Source: Chrysomallon squamiferum
Lineage: Eukaryota > Animalia > Mollusca
Assembly: GCA_012295275.1 (NCBI GenBank)
Contig: CM022672.1
Location: 32,612,001-32,676,000 of the forward strand
Reading direction: 5' to 3'
Length of the DNA stretch: 64,000 nt
The translations under genes were made by a program, and so were the position numbers. The notes beneath the pieces are model-generated. The model was given only the letters and a program-made list of their open reading frames with translations, was not told where the DNA came from and ran no database searches. This document shows positions 1 through 12,328 of this stretch, one piece after another. The first letter of the stretch is position 1. Each line of letters starts with the position of its first letter.

Positions 1-300
1 TTTTCCTCAAGTTCGATTTCTAATAAAAATAAATATGTTATTGAAAATGGAATAAGGATTATTGTAAGCACATGAACGAAACTAGTATAGCTAAGCAACT
101 AGAAAACGTTATATCTTCACTATTTTGTGATTTGTGTTTATTGTAAATAATAAATACATTTAGATCAAAAAATATTTGTTTATATTATTAAAATGTATTT
201 TGATTATTAACTTTCTTTATTTTCAGTCGTTTTTTTTTTTTTCGACTGTCACTGAAATTTTACCGATTATATAAAACAAGGACAAAACAAAGAGAATTAT

Positions 301-640
301 GAACGCCTTTGATATCGCTGATCATGACATTTTGTTCCAGCTGTTAAACGCTGTAAGACTCAGTGACTCGACACTAAACTGGTTTCGCTCCTATTACATG
401 AGCGACATGAGGTGGAAGAAATCGTTGACGTTACTTTCACTATCGCCACAGTTAGATGTAGCGTTCATCAGTTAGTTTTCTATGCCGACGATTCTGCACT
501 GATAGTGCAAGGCAGAAATACAAGAGAAATTCAGCTCGAATTTTGAAATGAACCAGAATTAACAAGGAGTTGCTAACTGACAATAAATTATCTCTCAACC
601 TGGGAAAGACTGAGTCAATTCTCTTTGTGTCAAAGACAAT
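301..640 (+). mobile_element. Degenerate non-LTR retrotransposon (CR1/Crack/L2-like LINE) reverse transcriptase fragment
   Basis: Manual translation across frameshifts gives NAFDIADHDILFQLLNAVRLSDSTLNWFRSY (cf. KAFDTVDHxILLxKL...WFxSYL), ATVRCSVHQ (cf. CGVPQG), FYADDSALIV (YADD motif at ~481) and LTDNKLSLNLGKTESILFVSK. Stops and deletions are present. Confidence 0.85.
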
Positions 641-1330
641 CATGTCTTTCTTTAACGTAAAACCCGGTTATCTATGAAACTGTATTTCGTTAGATACAGT
701 TCTTTTAACTATATATATTTTATTAAGGTACTAATGTTATATGTTAATTATAGGCTCTATATATTTGAAACAGACAAAAGATGAAGTAGCGACAAATATT
801 AAATATGTATTAATAATTATTATAAGTAAACAATGTGTCTTTAACTGCCGATATATGGTAATAATTAAAGTTCTGTTTGATCATCAGTTAATATTTTTTT
901 ACAGTAAAATACGTGAAGACGTTTATTGTAAGACTTTTTTTTTTTTAATTTTGAAGTTACATTTATTATCTTCATTAGGTAGTGTTATTAACAGCGTATT
1001 TGTTTAACATAAGTTCTGTTCACGAAACTACTTGATTCTCCCATGACCCATTCCGCCTTTAATTGATTCAACTGATTCCGCATTTTAACTCAGCTATTCA
1101 TAAAACCGTAAATAATTTAGTTGCGTTTATTTTCTTGTATATTATTTTAATAAATAAATAACTCAAACTGCATTGTTGTTGATATATGTTATTTATCTAG
1201 TAAATTATACCATCACGATGTTTACGTTTCTGTCACAATTAAAGATTTACTGTCTTAGTATTCTAAACGCCTATATCCCCTAAACGAGGTAACGAGCACC
1301 TGAGACAACAAGCAATTTCATCAAGACCAG

Positions 1331-1384
1331 TGTACAGACAATGTACAGACAATGCACAGACAATGTACAGATAATGCACAGACG
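1331..1384. repeat. Short tandem repeat, 11-bp unit ATGTACAGACA, about 5 copies
   Basis: Directly visible: tgtacagaca atgtacagac aatgcacaga caatgtacag ataatgcaca gac. Confidence 0.85.
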
Positions 1385-1671
1385 AAAATTAAATACTTGT
1401 GTGTCGAATTTGCCCTGTGTTTTGCTGGAAACTGTATTGCACACAAAATTAATAGTAAAACAAATTCAAATTTAAAGGTTTTTTATATGTTGTCTATCTG
1501 GAAACAAACAGCATGCTAACTTCAACACTAATCCAGTGCTAGATCATCTTTGTATTTTGGACTGACGAAGAAATACTAAACTAGGATAAAATGTAATCCA
1601 AAAAAAAAAAAAAAATTAATAAAAAAAAAAAAAAATAAAAAAATAAAAAAAAATTATCCTTATTTTTGCAG

Positions 1672-1975
1672 TCAACCCCTCGCAAATATATTGGAGCAAA
1701 TCAGATTAGATTGGTCAATATACTGCCGGATGGAACTCCGTTCCAAACAAATCAAACTAAATATTGTCCATATTATTCTAAACAGCACAATCCCAGATTA
1801 CCTAAGTACTGTTTTCAAATTAACTAGATACAAACATAATATCAATGCAAGATCCAGTGCAGTGTCTCTTCAGATACCTGAAGTTAGAGCATTTGGTAAA
1901 AATGCACAGGAATATTGTCTTGACATAAATAAGAAGTGAAATTAAGTGTTTAATACGCAAGTATCTTTCAAAAAT
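1672..1975 (+). mobile_element. 3' part of LINE ORF2 (CR1/Crack-like C-terminus), colinear with the 301-640 fragment
   Basis: PRKYIG...RSKQIKLNIVHIILNSTIPDYLSTVFKLTRYKHNINARSS...IPEVRAFGKNA matches the post-RT C-terminal pattern (PxYL...F...H.YNTR.S...P.V...GK). It is followed by a (TA)n tract. Confidence 0.7.
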
Positions 1976-1980
1976 GCATG

Positions 1981-2032
<52 letters not shown>

Positions 2033-2269
2033 CATATATACACACATATATAGACATACTGATAGATATATAGATACAACTACATATACAGAATTAGAGA
2101 CACACATGAATGGATATAGAGAAACGGACAGAGATATAGATAAACATACACAGCGATATAAGTAGTTAGATAGACAGATAGACAGACTGACCATCAGACA
2201 GATAGAGAGATACATTTCAATCTACACAGTTCCCGACAGAAAACTAATATTTCGTGAAGGGTTGACGAA

Positions 2270-2275
2270 TTTAAT
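2270..2275 (-). terminator. Candidate variant poly(A) signal ATTAAA of the beta-MSP gene
   Basis: tttaat on the + strand about 32 nt past the stop codon; the DNA is AT-rich, so a chance occurrence is possible. Confidence 0.3.
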
Positions 2276-2306
2276 TCCGTGAATTACAAACATTAATGCT
2301 GTAGTC

Positions 2307-2457
2307 TTACTTCCACTGGACAATGTGAATGTATTCTCCCGTGTAGCAGTTCAGTAACTCATTGTCAGTTTTCACAATCAAACTGTCACAACCATGTTTC
2401 TTGATAACACATCCCTCTGGTACATCGATTGGGCCCATTCCCACACTCGAACCATAG
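2307..2457 (-). CDS. beta-MSP coding exon 3 (last three Cys, TAA stop)
   Basis: acacacag|CTATGGTTCG...TGGAAGTAA; the phase-2 junction gives AG|C = Ser. Confidence 0.9.
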
Positions 2458-5400
2458 CTGTGTGTGTCAAACATATCACTGCTTTTATTACTTTATTACT
2501 ATATTACTACTAAGAGTTGACCACTACTAACCACTGTTACTAATACTACTACAACGTTGACCACTACTAACCACTGTTACTAATGCTACTACGATGTTGA
2601 CCACTACTAACCACTGTTACTAATACTACTACAACGTTGACCACTACTAACCACTGTTACTAATGCTACTACGATGTTGACCACTACTAACCACTGTTAC
2701 TAATACTACTACGAGTTGACCACTACTACTATCCACTGTTACTAATACTACTATCCGAGTTGACCACTACTAACCACTGTTACTGTTACTACTACTACGA
2801 GTTGACCACTACTATCCACTGTTACTAATACTACTACGACGTTGACCACTACTAACCACTAATACTACTACTACTACGAGTTGACCACTACTATCCACTG
2901 TTACTAATACTACTACGAGTTGACCACTACTAACCACTGTTACTAATACTACTACGAGTTGACCACTACTAACCACTGTTACTAATACTACTACGAGTTG
3001 ACCACTACTACCACTGTAACTAATACTACTACGAGTTGACCACTACTAACCACTGTTACTAATACTACTACGAGTTGACCACTACTAACCACTGTTACTA
3101 ATACTACTACGAGTTGACCACTACTAACCACTGTTACTAATACTACTACGAGTTGACCACTACTACCACTGTTACTAATACTACTACGAGTTGACCACTA
3201 CTAACCACTGTTACTAATACTACTACGACGTGACCACTACTAACCACTGTTACTAATACTACTACGAGTTGACCACTACTAACCACTGTTACTAATACTA
3301 CAAACGAGTTGACCACTTACTACTAACCACTGTTACTAATACTACTACGAGTTGACCACTACTACCACTGTTACTAATACTACTACGAGTTGACCACTAC
3401 TACCACTGTTACTAATACTACTACGACGTTGACCACTACTGTCCACTGTTACTAATACTACTACGAGTTGACCACTACTACCACTGTTGACTACTACGAG
3501 TTGACCACTACTATCCACAGTTACTAATACTACTACGACGTTGACCACTACTAACCACTGTTACTAATACTACTACGACCACTGTTGACCGAGTTGACCA
3601 CTAACCACTGTTACTAATACTACTACGACGTTGACCACTACTAACCACTGTTACTAATACTACTACGAGTTGACCACTACTAACCACTGTTACTAATACT
3701 ACTACGAGTTGACCACTACTACCACTGTTACTAATACTACTACGAGTTGACCACTAACCACTGTTACTAATACTACTACGAGTTGACCACTACTATCCAC
3801 TGTTACTAATACTACTACGAGTTGACCACTACTATCCACTGTTACTAATACTACTACGAGTTGACCACTACTATCCACTGTTACTAATACTACTACGAGT
3901 TGACCACTACTATCCACTGTTACTAATACTACTACGAGTTGACCACTACTAACCACTGTTACTAATACGACGTTACTACGAGTTGACCACTACTACGAGT
4001 TGACCACTACTTACCACTAATACTACTACGAGTTGACCACTACTACCACTGTTACTAATACTACTACGAGTTGACCACTACTAACCACTGTTACTAATAC
4101 TACAACGAGTTGACCACTACTACCACTGTTACTAATACTACTACGAGTTGATCACTACTAACCACTGTTACTAATACTACTACGAGTTGACCACTACTAC
4201 CACTGTTACTAATACTACTACGAGTTGACCACTACTATCCACTGTTACTAATACTACTACGAGTTGACCACTACTAACCACTGTTACTAATACTACTACG
4301 AGTTGACCACTACTACCACTGTTACTAATACTACTACGAGTTGACCACTACTACCACTGTTACTAATACTACTACGAGTTGACCACTACTATCCACTGTT
4401 ACTAATACTACTACGAGTTGTTGACCACCTACTACCACTGTTACTGTTACTAATACTACGAGTTGACCACTACTAATCCACTGTTACTAATACTACTACT
4501 ACGAGTTGACCACTACTAACCACTGTTACTAATACTACTACGAGTTGACCACTACTAACCACTGTTACTAATACTACTACGAGTTGACCACTACTAACCA
4601 CTGTTACTAATACTACTACGAGTTGACCACTACTATCCACTGTTACTAATACTACTACGAGTTGACCACTACTACCACTGTTACTAATACTACTACGAGT
4701 TGACCACTACTGTCCACTGTTACTAATACTACTACGAGTTGACCACTACTACCACTGTTACTAATACTACTACGAGTTGACCACTACTACCACTGTTACT
4801 AATACTACTACGAGTTGACCACTACTATCCACTGTTACTAATACTACTACGAGTTGACCACTACTAACCACTGTTACTAATACTACAACGAGTTGACCAC
4901 TACTACCACTGTAACTAATACTACTACGAGTTGACCACTACACACTACGAGTTAACCACTACAACGACTGTTGACCAGTTGACCACTACCACTGTTACTA
5001 ATACTACTACGAGTTGACCTACTAACCACTGTTACTAATACTACTACGAGTTGACCACTACTATTATTACGAGTTAACTAACCACTGTTACTAATACTAC
5101 TACGAGTTGACCACTACTAACCACTGTTACTAATACTACTACGAGTTGACCACTACTAACCACTAATACTACTACGAGTTGATCACTACTATCCACTGTT
5201 ACTAATACTACTACGAGTTGACCACTACTAACCACTGTTACTAATACTACTACGAGTTGATCACTACTATCCATTGTTACTAATACTACTACGAGTTGAC
5301 CACTACTGTCCACTGTTACTAATACTACTACGAGTTGACCACGAGAGAGAGAGAGAGACTGACTATTGGAAATTTTGAAACTGTAACCATCATCGTCAAC

Positions 5401-5648
5401 ATCATCATATACAGCAGAAACAACAACGGAAACAGCTTTATATTGTCCATCACAAATGGTCTCATTAAACATCAGTGCAAGACAGTACATACCTACAGCA
5501 AGAAAGCAAACCGTCTCTGCAGTAGCAGTCTAAACATTTATTCTCCAGTTTAACATATTCGCCGGGCAGCATAACGTAATAGTCATATTCGCAGTAGTAT
5601 ATTGTTTCACCGCCTTCTGCAATGATAACACGTTTTAATTTATTATTA

Positions 5649-5722
<74 letters not shown>

Positions 5723-5890
5723 GTTATTATTATTATTAACTATGTTCGTGAAACTTTGCATATACCTAACATTTTATTGTGTCTGCATGTTAACAAAAGA
5801 ATAGAAGTGTAATGTATGAAACAGACAGACAGGAAAACAGCCAGAGAGACAGAAAATTAAAGAGATACACAAATAATAGCATACATAAAC

Positions 5891-5947
<57 letters not shown>

Positions 5948-6099
5948 ATTTTGCTTCATTTCATTTCTTTTTTTTATATTTATTTATTTTTATTTATTTA
6001 TATATATATATATGTTTTCATCTACCTGGATGTTGTAGAAATCTATGATATCACTAAAGCATCACATTTGTGAAACCTAATTAATATATATAAGTACAG

Positions 6100-6145
<46 letters not shown>

Positions 6146-6372
6146 TACACGTATATATTAAATCCAATATCATTAAAATACAAGGCCAACAAACATGAGC
6201 CGTTTGATTGCTCTAACAATAGCTAGTTGTCGTCATTTCAGCGTTGTTTAACACACAAACCTGTTGTGAAGGTATCCATACTCTTCACCAAACAACTTGC
6301 ATCCAAGGTTACTAGAACATCAGCAACTCTGAGAAGAATGAACACAAACAATCTGGTATAGCTATGTGACAT
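2307..6372 (-). CDS. MSMB-like: Beta-microseminoprotein (PSP94/MSMB-family) secreted protein, 128 aa, 3 coding exons: join(6372-6261, 5616-5493, 2457-2307)
   Basis: Spliced ORF: MSHSYTRLFVFILLRVADVLVTLDA|SCLVKSMDTFTTEGGETIYYCEYDYYVMLPGEYVKLENKCLDCYCRDGLLSCCSYGSSVGMGPIDVPEGCVIKKHGCDSLIVKTDNELLNCYTGEYIHIVQWK*. Exon lengths are 112+124+151 nt, with GT-AG introns in compatible phases (1, then 2). It has ten cysteines in the beta-MSP pattern (C, C, CxxCxC, CC, C, C, C) and a hydrophobic leader ending A|SC as in vertebrate MSMB. Confidence 0.9.
2513..5342. repeat. Minisatellite, 38-40-bp unit (consensus GAGTTGACCACTACTAACCACTGTTACTAATACTACTAC, 39 bp), about 70 copies, inside beta-MSP intron 2
   Basis: Directly visible head-to-tail array with no spacers. 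Confidence 0.97.
5493..5616 (-). CDS. beta-MSP coding exon 2 (C...CxxCxC...CC)
   Basis: ttgcag|AAGGCGGT...TGCTGTAG|gtatgt; visible inside track ORF 5465..5761. Confidence 0.92.
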
Positions 6373-6669
6373 TTTTAACTCAGTGAACTTGGAGAATGAT
6401 GCTGTTTATTACAATACTGTGCAACAAAAAGATTTTTACAAAGCTGACAACCAGCCGAAGTTTATGTATAAGGAGATTCACACATGTAAATGTAAATTAA
6501 CCACACACAATATAGTAATAAAAAAAAACAAATAAATAAATAAAATACAAAAAAAAAAAAATATATAAATAATAAATATCTGTATCTCTGTATATGTATA
6601 TATATCTACATCGAAATAAATAAAAATAAATAAATAAATATTCATATATAGTGACACATACACACTCTA

Positions 6670-6742
<73 letters not shown>

Positions 6743-6927
6743 TGTATGTGTGCTTTGTGTATATACAATTGTTTTTCAGTAAATGGACAGAGTGTCAGAA
6801 ATGCTGGTATATATAAAATGGCGATCGGTACACACATACATACACATACATACGTATATATACATACATAAGCACACTAAAACACACATACATTCATACA
6901 TTTACATACATATACATATACACACAT

Positions 6928-6980
<53 letters not shown>

Positions 6981-7045
6981 CTTACATATATATACACATG
7001 TAGATAATATGATTACATATATTTGTCTCTTTTGTTTTTACTCTC

Positions 7046-7124
<79 letters not shown>

Positions 7125-7231
7125 AACACACACACAAACACGTGGACAGAAACGTGTTTCATCATAATTATTTTGTATTTCTTATTTGATTTAATTTAAT
7201 TTATGTTTCATGTTTTATTTATTTTATTTTA

Positions 7232-7296
<65 letters not shown>

Positions 7297-7658
7297 TAAA
7301 TTTATTCTATTTTAATTTATCTTTTTTTTTCCATTATTCAAGTTTATTGTATTTGTTTTAGATCTCATCTTATCTTTTAGTTAAAAGCTTTTTTACTATT
7401 TATTTGTTGTTGTTTTTTTAGATATTTTTATTTTATTTGATATTATTATTATTGTTTTATTTATTGTTTTTCATGCTATCGTAGTTGGCAGCTGGTGTGA
7501 TGTTGGAATTATAATGAATGTTTAAATTATCATGCAACCGAAAAAGTGAACCAGATATTAAAACATATCTCTGATACTCTGAAACAATAGCCTAAAGATG
7601 TGTTGTCAAGCTTGTTTCTACCTGTACCATTTGGAGAAAAGATTTGGTTGTTGTTATC

Positions 7659-7725
<67 letters not shown>

Positions 7726-7808
7726 ATAGTAGTAATAACATCAGCAGCAGTAGCATTGGTATTAGTATTAGTATTGCTGCTGTTGTTTTATTATTTTTGT
7801 TGTTGCTG

Positions 7809-7872
<64 letters not shown>

Positions 7873-8033
7873 GACATACTGTAGCCTCACTCGATTGTGT
7901 CATCGGTACATTTAATTTATATATTTTGATTGAGTTAGTTTCTTGTTCTTATAAATATGTTTATTTATACAGTAGGGTTAGCACCGTGCAACAAATATTG
8001 TATCGATTTTAAGTATTTTGAACTATCTGACCA

Positions 8034-8079
<46 letters not shown>

Positions 8080-8080
8080 C
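5641..8080. repeat. Cluster of microsatellites: (ATT)n 5641-5737, (GT)n 5894-5945, (CA)n ~6103-6140, (TA)n ~6679-6739 and ~6937-6975, (CT)n ~7069-7121, (ATT)n/(AGT)n ~7235-7870, (AAT)n ~8034-8076
   Basis: Directly visible simple repeats; similar tracts occur throughout the window. Confidence 0.95.
6261..6372 (-). CDS. beta-MSP coding exon 1 (ATG, signal peptide, first Cys)
   Basis: aaaATGTCACAT...ACAACAG|gtttgt; 37 codons plus 1 nt, no stops. Confidence 0.82.
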
Positions 8081-8157
8081 AAGAAAAAAATAAAAATAAA
8101 ACTGAAAAAAAAAAAAAATTAAAATTAAAGAAAGAAAACAGAAAATAACGAACGATC

Positions 8158-8235
8158 GAAAGTGTGTGCATTTAAACGGACGTTACGATCTTTGAGTGAT
8201 AAATTTACTATACCGAATCACAAAGAGATCATCAG
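8158..8235 (+). pseudogene. Possible highly degraded C-type lectin C-terminal fragment
   Basis: KCVHLNGRYD...; tgtgtgcatttaaac matches tgcgtgcatctaaac of the lectin exon near 36275 (13/15 nt). The downstream match is weak. Confidence 0.3.
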
Positions 8236-8749
8236 ATCCTAAGAGACAAGTAACTGAGATCAGCAATGGTGAATAATTTATTACATGATGGTATAATACT
8301 ATCGTCATCATACAGTACAAAACAACCTTTCATTCCTGTTTCTATCTCATCTAGTTACGATGGATTTAGCACCCTAGCTCAAGGGTGAGGAGAGGTAACT
8401 CAGTTTCTCAGTTTATATATGTATGTCTTAAACATCATTTATCATTTATCTAAAAAAAAAAAAAAAAAAAAAAAAGCCATTTGGACTCCAACAGGAGTAC
8501 TTATATTTAATTAGGATGAAACAGGAACAATGTAATTGGAAACTAGCACTTCATTTCTTTCATAACACCTTTCATAACTGTACAAGATTAGAATATACAA
8601 CATGAAATTTGCATTATTCTGAATAAATATTTTTTTTTTTGAAGAAACTGGCAATAAATAAATGATTTTGAAAAGGCAGTTATTTTCATACTTTCACTGT
8701 CATTTCTCTATCTGAATGATTCGCCTGAATCGTCCTGGCTTGACATAAA

Positions 8750-8874
8750 AATAGATACATTCTACGATGAAACAGACTGAATATTAGTAAGCCTTCACCA
8801 GCACAGCTTTGCTGCAGCCTGCTTTGATGATACATCCGTTCGGAGGTTGAATTACTACCGCACTCATAACATAA
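8750..8874 (-). pseudogene. Orphan, disabled paralogous last exon of a second beta-MSP gene
   Basis: YVMSAVVIQPPNGCIIKAGCSKAVLVKAY*YSVCF aligns with exon 3 YGSSVGMGPIDVPEGCVIKKHGCDSLIVKTDNELLNCY. It has the same phase-2 start, but the acceptor reads cactg| instead of cacag|, and there is an in-frame TAA at 8784-8786. Confidence 0.7.
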
Positions 8875-8905
8875 CAGTGCACAACAACAACAACAACAAT
8901 AATAA

Positions 8906-8974
<69 letters not shown>

Positions 8975-9344
8975 CATGCATAAAGCATTATAATGATAAT
9001 AACAGTAGTAATAATAATATAATAATAATGATACTAGTAATAGTTGTAGTTATGTTGATGGTAGTTATAGTAGAAAAATTAGTAGTGGTAGCAGCAGTAG
9101 TAGTAGTAATACTCATAATAGTAGTAGTAATGGCGATGGCAGTAGTATTAGTAATAGACATGCAGACACGCACACACACTCACTCATACACACACACACA
9201 CATACACACACTCAGTGAAAAGTAGCTGCACTTGAAAGTAGTGTATGGAAATGTTTTAGGCGGCAAGTCTCTTATGAAGAGGATAACGAATGGAGGCTTT
9301 TTTATTTTCTTTGTTGTTGTGTTTTTCTCAGGAGGTGTTGTGAT

Positions 9345-9645
9345 ATGATGGAGACAGTGTCATTATGATGGGACTGGTTCTGTGCGCACGAGAGGACAGC
9401 ACTGGTCATCGTTAACGAAATGTTGACGAAAAACTATTAGTTCGACATTCTGCTTCCTTTGATTTCTCTGAAGCAGTCACGTGATATCATTCATCAGCCA
9501 GAGCCCACACAGCCAAAATCGTAGACATCTTCTTTAGGGTAACAACATCAACGTGTTATATCATTGCCTGCTTAACAGACGTGTCACCAGTAAAACACCA
9601 ATGTGATGTCATGGTTTGTTTTGTGCGACAACATCATCAGATTTC
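9345..9645 (+). mobile_element. Degenerate Tc1-family (DD34E) transposase fragment
   Basis: GDSVIM..., ERTALVIVNEMLT, ARAHTAKIV (cf. DNARPHTA), NNINVL and PA*.DVSPVKHQCDVM (cf. WPALSPDLSPIEHLWD), read across stops and frameshifts. Confidence 0.8.
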
Positions 9646-11604
9646 AGTTTCTATTTTACCCAGGCTTTATTTTATTTTTTATTTTTTCTTAAATCGTCAT
9701 CATCAATATTGTTATCATTGTTATCATCATCATCATTTTATAAATTTCTTTCATAAATAATATTGCTGTGATAGTTATAGGAACCTGCCCACTAAAGCTG
9801 TAATAATTAGTAAATACATAACATATAATGATAGTAGTAGTATTAGTATTAGTAGTAGTAATAATATAATTTGTAGAATTTCAGTGATAATCGCGTTTTG
9901 GCGCATAATAAAACTGAGTTGTAAATCATCATTTTAGAGACAGATGGACCCAACTAATAATAAAAACAATTGTGATGTAGTATGAATACACAGGTACTGA
10001 TTTTACTCTCACATCCAGTCTAGAAAAGAGATTTGGTATTTCAATATTTTCAACGTGTTCAAGTAATGTTTGTGAAAGTATTTTATAACTTCAAATTCAA
10101 ATTAAGTCCGTGTATTCTAGGGTTTATGTAAGATTTTATTGTCGTATCAAGTGACGTGGTATTTAATTAATTTAAACTCTTTTAGCTGAACACGGAACGA
10201 TATTAGAAGATTTCATGCTTCAAGTCAGAAACAAAATCATATTATAAAATATAACAACACTGGTTCCGAGGACTTGTCAGCATTGAATAAGAGAAGTCCA
10301 GCTATTGGAAACTCCACATTATTAAGAACTGTGAAGAAAAGAAAGAAGTCTTTATATTAAAGAATTATTATTTGTGACAAAAGTAGAACAAACAACAAAG
10401 CCTTTTCCTTTGCATCTAGAATATCATCACATTTCAATACTGTGTATATTTCCTGTAACTGATATCACAGAACTACAAACATAGGTAAGACACACGGGTT
10501 AACCATTAAAAACAGTTTGATTCTCACAGTTTTGTGCACAGACATTCAACTTTCAAATTAAAAAAGTTCCAACTTAGAACCTCAGAATCTGGGTTTCCAT
10601 AACGAGAGGATGTGGTGATTTCTTATACTCTGACTAAGTACAAATCTCTTATCCCTTATAGAAATGTAAAAGAAATTTGGAATAAAATCAGTCACAATGG
10701 TGTATATTATTTTCCTGCTAAAATTTCCATTTATAATAATGGGATGATTAGCATAAATCTTAAGAATGTTTTAATCCATGATTACTTTTAGTTAATATGT
10801 CAAATAGAAGAAATTGCGTTACTAATCTCAGTGAAAGCTCACTGGTTAAAACATTATGTAAATTGGCAGATACCAGATTTACAAACCCTTGTACAGGTCC
10901 CACTCTTTCACCACCCCAGTGAATCAAATCACAAAAACTTTTCAAAGGATGTTTCTTGCATAAAGCTTCTTTGTTAAGTATATATTGCAATTTGCGATAC
11001 ATTAAACAAAAGCCCCTGAGATAAGATAAATTAAATATAAAATTAATATATTGTTGATTTTTAGCAGATTTAAAAATGTTAAGTTATTTATGTTTTCCTA
11101 CATTTTAAATAAATATTCAAACAAATTTACCATAATAACTTTTTTCAAACTAAAACGTTTCAAGGTAATCCTTTTATCAACATTGCTGTGTTTATTTAGA
11201 TTCTACTCAGGAAGTTTCTTGTCATAGACTATGTTCATAGTCTTCAAAAGTTTTCAAAAATATTATGTAAAACTTAGAACTCTTATAAACTAAATAAAGT
11301 AAAACAAACACACAAAATTTAGTTAAACACGACAGTATATATAAAATGAACAGTAGCAGCCATATAAATTATAAGTTTAAAAAGTATGTTTGTTGAACAG
11401 TCGATAAATAAATTAAATTTAAGAAGAAGATAACAAAATACACAAAATGATTCATGTGTGCAGTAATGATAAACAGTCGCAATATAAATACATATCTATA
11501 TATTTAAAACATAAGCTCTGGATTAAAGAACTAAAACAAATATTTTTATGAAAGTATTTTAATAAAGTACAAAAAAAAAATGTAAGTGTCTTCGTCATAA
11601 ATAA

Positions 11605-12212
11605 AACTTTTGCCAGACAGCGTGAACTGCAAAAAGAGGAAGTGTTAAAAATCTAAACCTTCGCCAGAAGCGACTGACTTACAGTAAAGACAGGAAGTGT
11701 CCTGAGAAACACTCTCCGACCTTCACCAGACAATAAACTGTTTTCCTGAAAAAAAGAAAATAAGTGTCTTCGTCACACTCCGACCTTCGCCAGACAGCGT
11801 GACTGTTACAGTAAAGAGAGGAAGTGTCCTGGTCACACTCTCAGACCTTCGCCAGACAGCGCGACTGTTACAGTAAAGAGAGGAAGTGTCCTGTTCACAC
11901 TCTCCGACCTTCACCAGACAGCGCGACTGTTACAGTAAAGAGATGAAGTGTTCTGGTCACACTCTCCGACCTTCACCAGACAGGGACTGTTACAATAAAG
12001 AGAGGAAGTGTTCTGTTCACACTCTCCGACCTTCGCCAGACAGCGCGACTGTGACAGTAAAGAGAGGAAGTGTCCTGTTCACACTCTCCGACCTTCACCA
12101 GACAGTGCGACTGTAACAGTAAACAGAGGAAGTGTCCTGTTCACACTCTCCGACCTTCGCCAGACAGTGCGACTGTAACAGTAAAGAGAGGAAGTGTCCT
12201 GGTCACACTCTC
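11605..12212. repeat. Tandem repeat, 62-bp unit CACACTCTCCGACCTTCGCCAGACAGCGCGACTGTTACAGTAAAGAGAGGAAGTGTCCTGTT, about 10 copies
   Basis: Unit starts at 11834, 11896, 11958, 12018, 12080, 12142 and 12204; copies to the left are more degenerate. Confidence 0.95.
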
Positions 12213-12328
12213 CAACATTAACAGTACCGAACACAGCAGTGACGGAAATAAGAAAATGAATAAATAGTTCTATACTACTACTAATAATATTAATATAGAA
12301 GGTTCAGGTTGGTTTCATTTACCTAGGT

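Noticed and set aside
2513-5342. CRISPR-like array or coding repeat (ORFs with GQLVVVLVTVDSS)
   Set aside because: Head-to-tail units with no unique spacers and no cas genes, in eukaryotic intronic context; 38- and 40-bp variants break the frame and stops are frequent.
8686-8880. Ly6/three-finger-like start LLCYECGS in ORF 8686..8988
   Set aside because: The remaining Ly6 cysteines are absent, and another frame gives a better beta-MSP exon-3 match with the correct phase.
10250-11020. ORF 10760..11002 and surrounding complex sequence as hAT or L1/Tx1 transposon protein
   Set aside because: Only vague motif resemblance (ILNKEALCKK); I cannot assign it without blastx.
11605-12212. Cys/His-containing repeat ORFs (11886..12116, 12070..12267) as zinc-finger protein, or the array as CRISPR
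   Set aside because: The 62-bp unit is not a multiple of 3, so the frame rotates each copy; there are no spacers.
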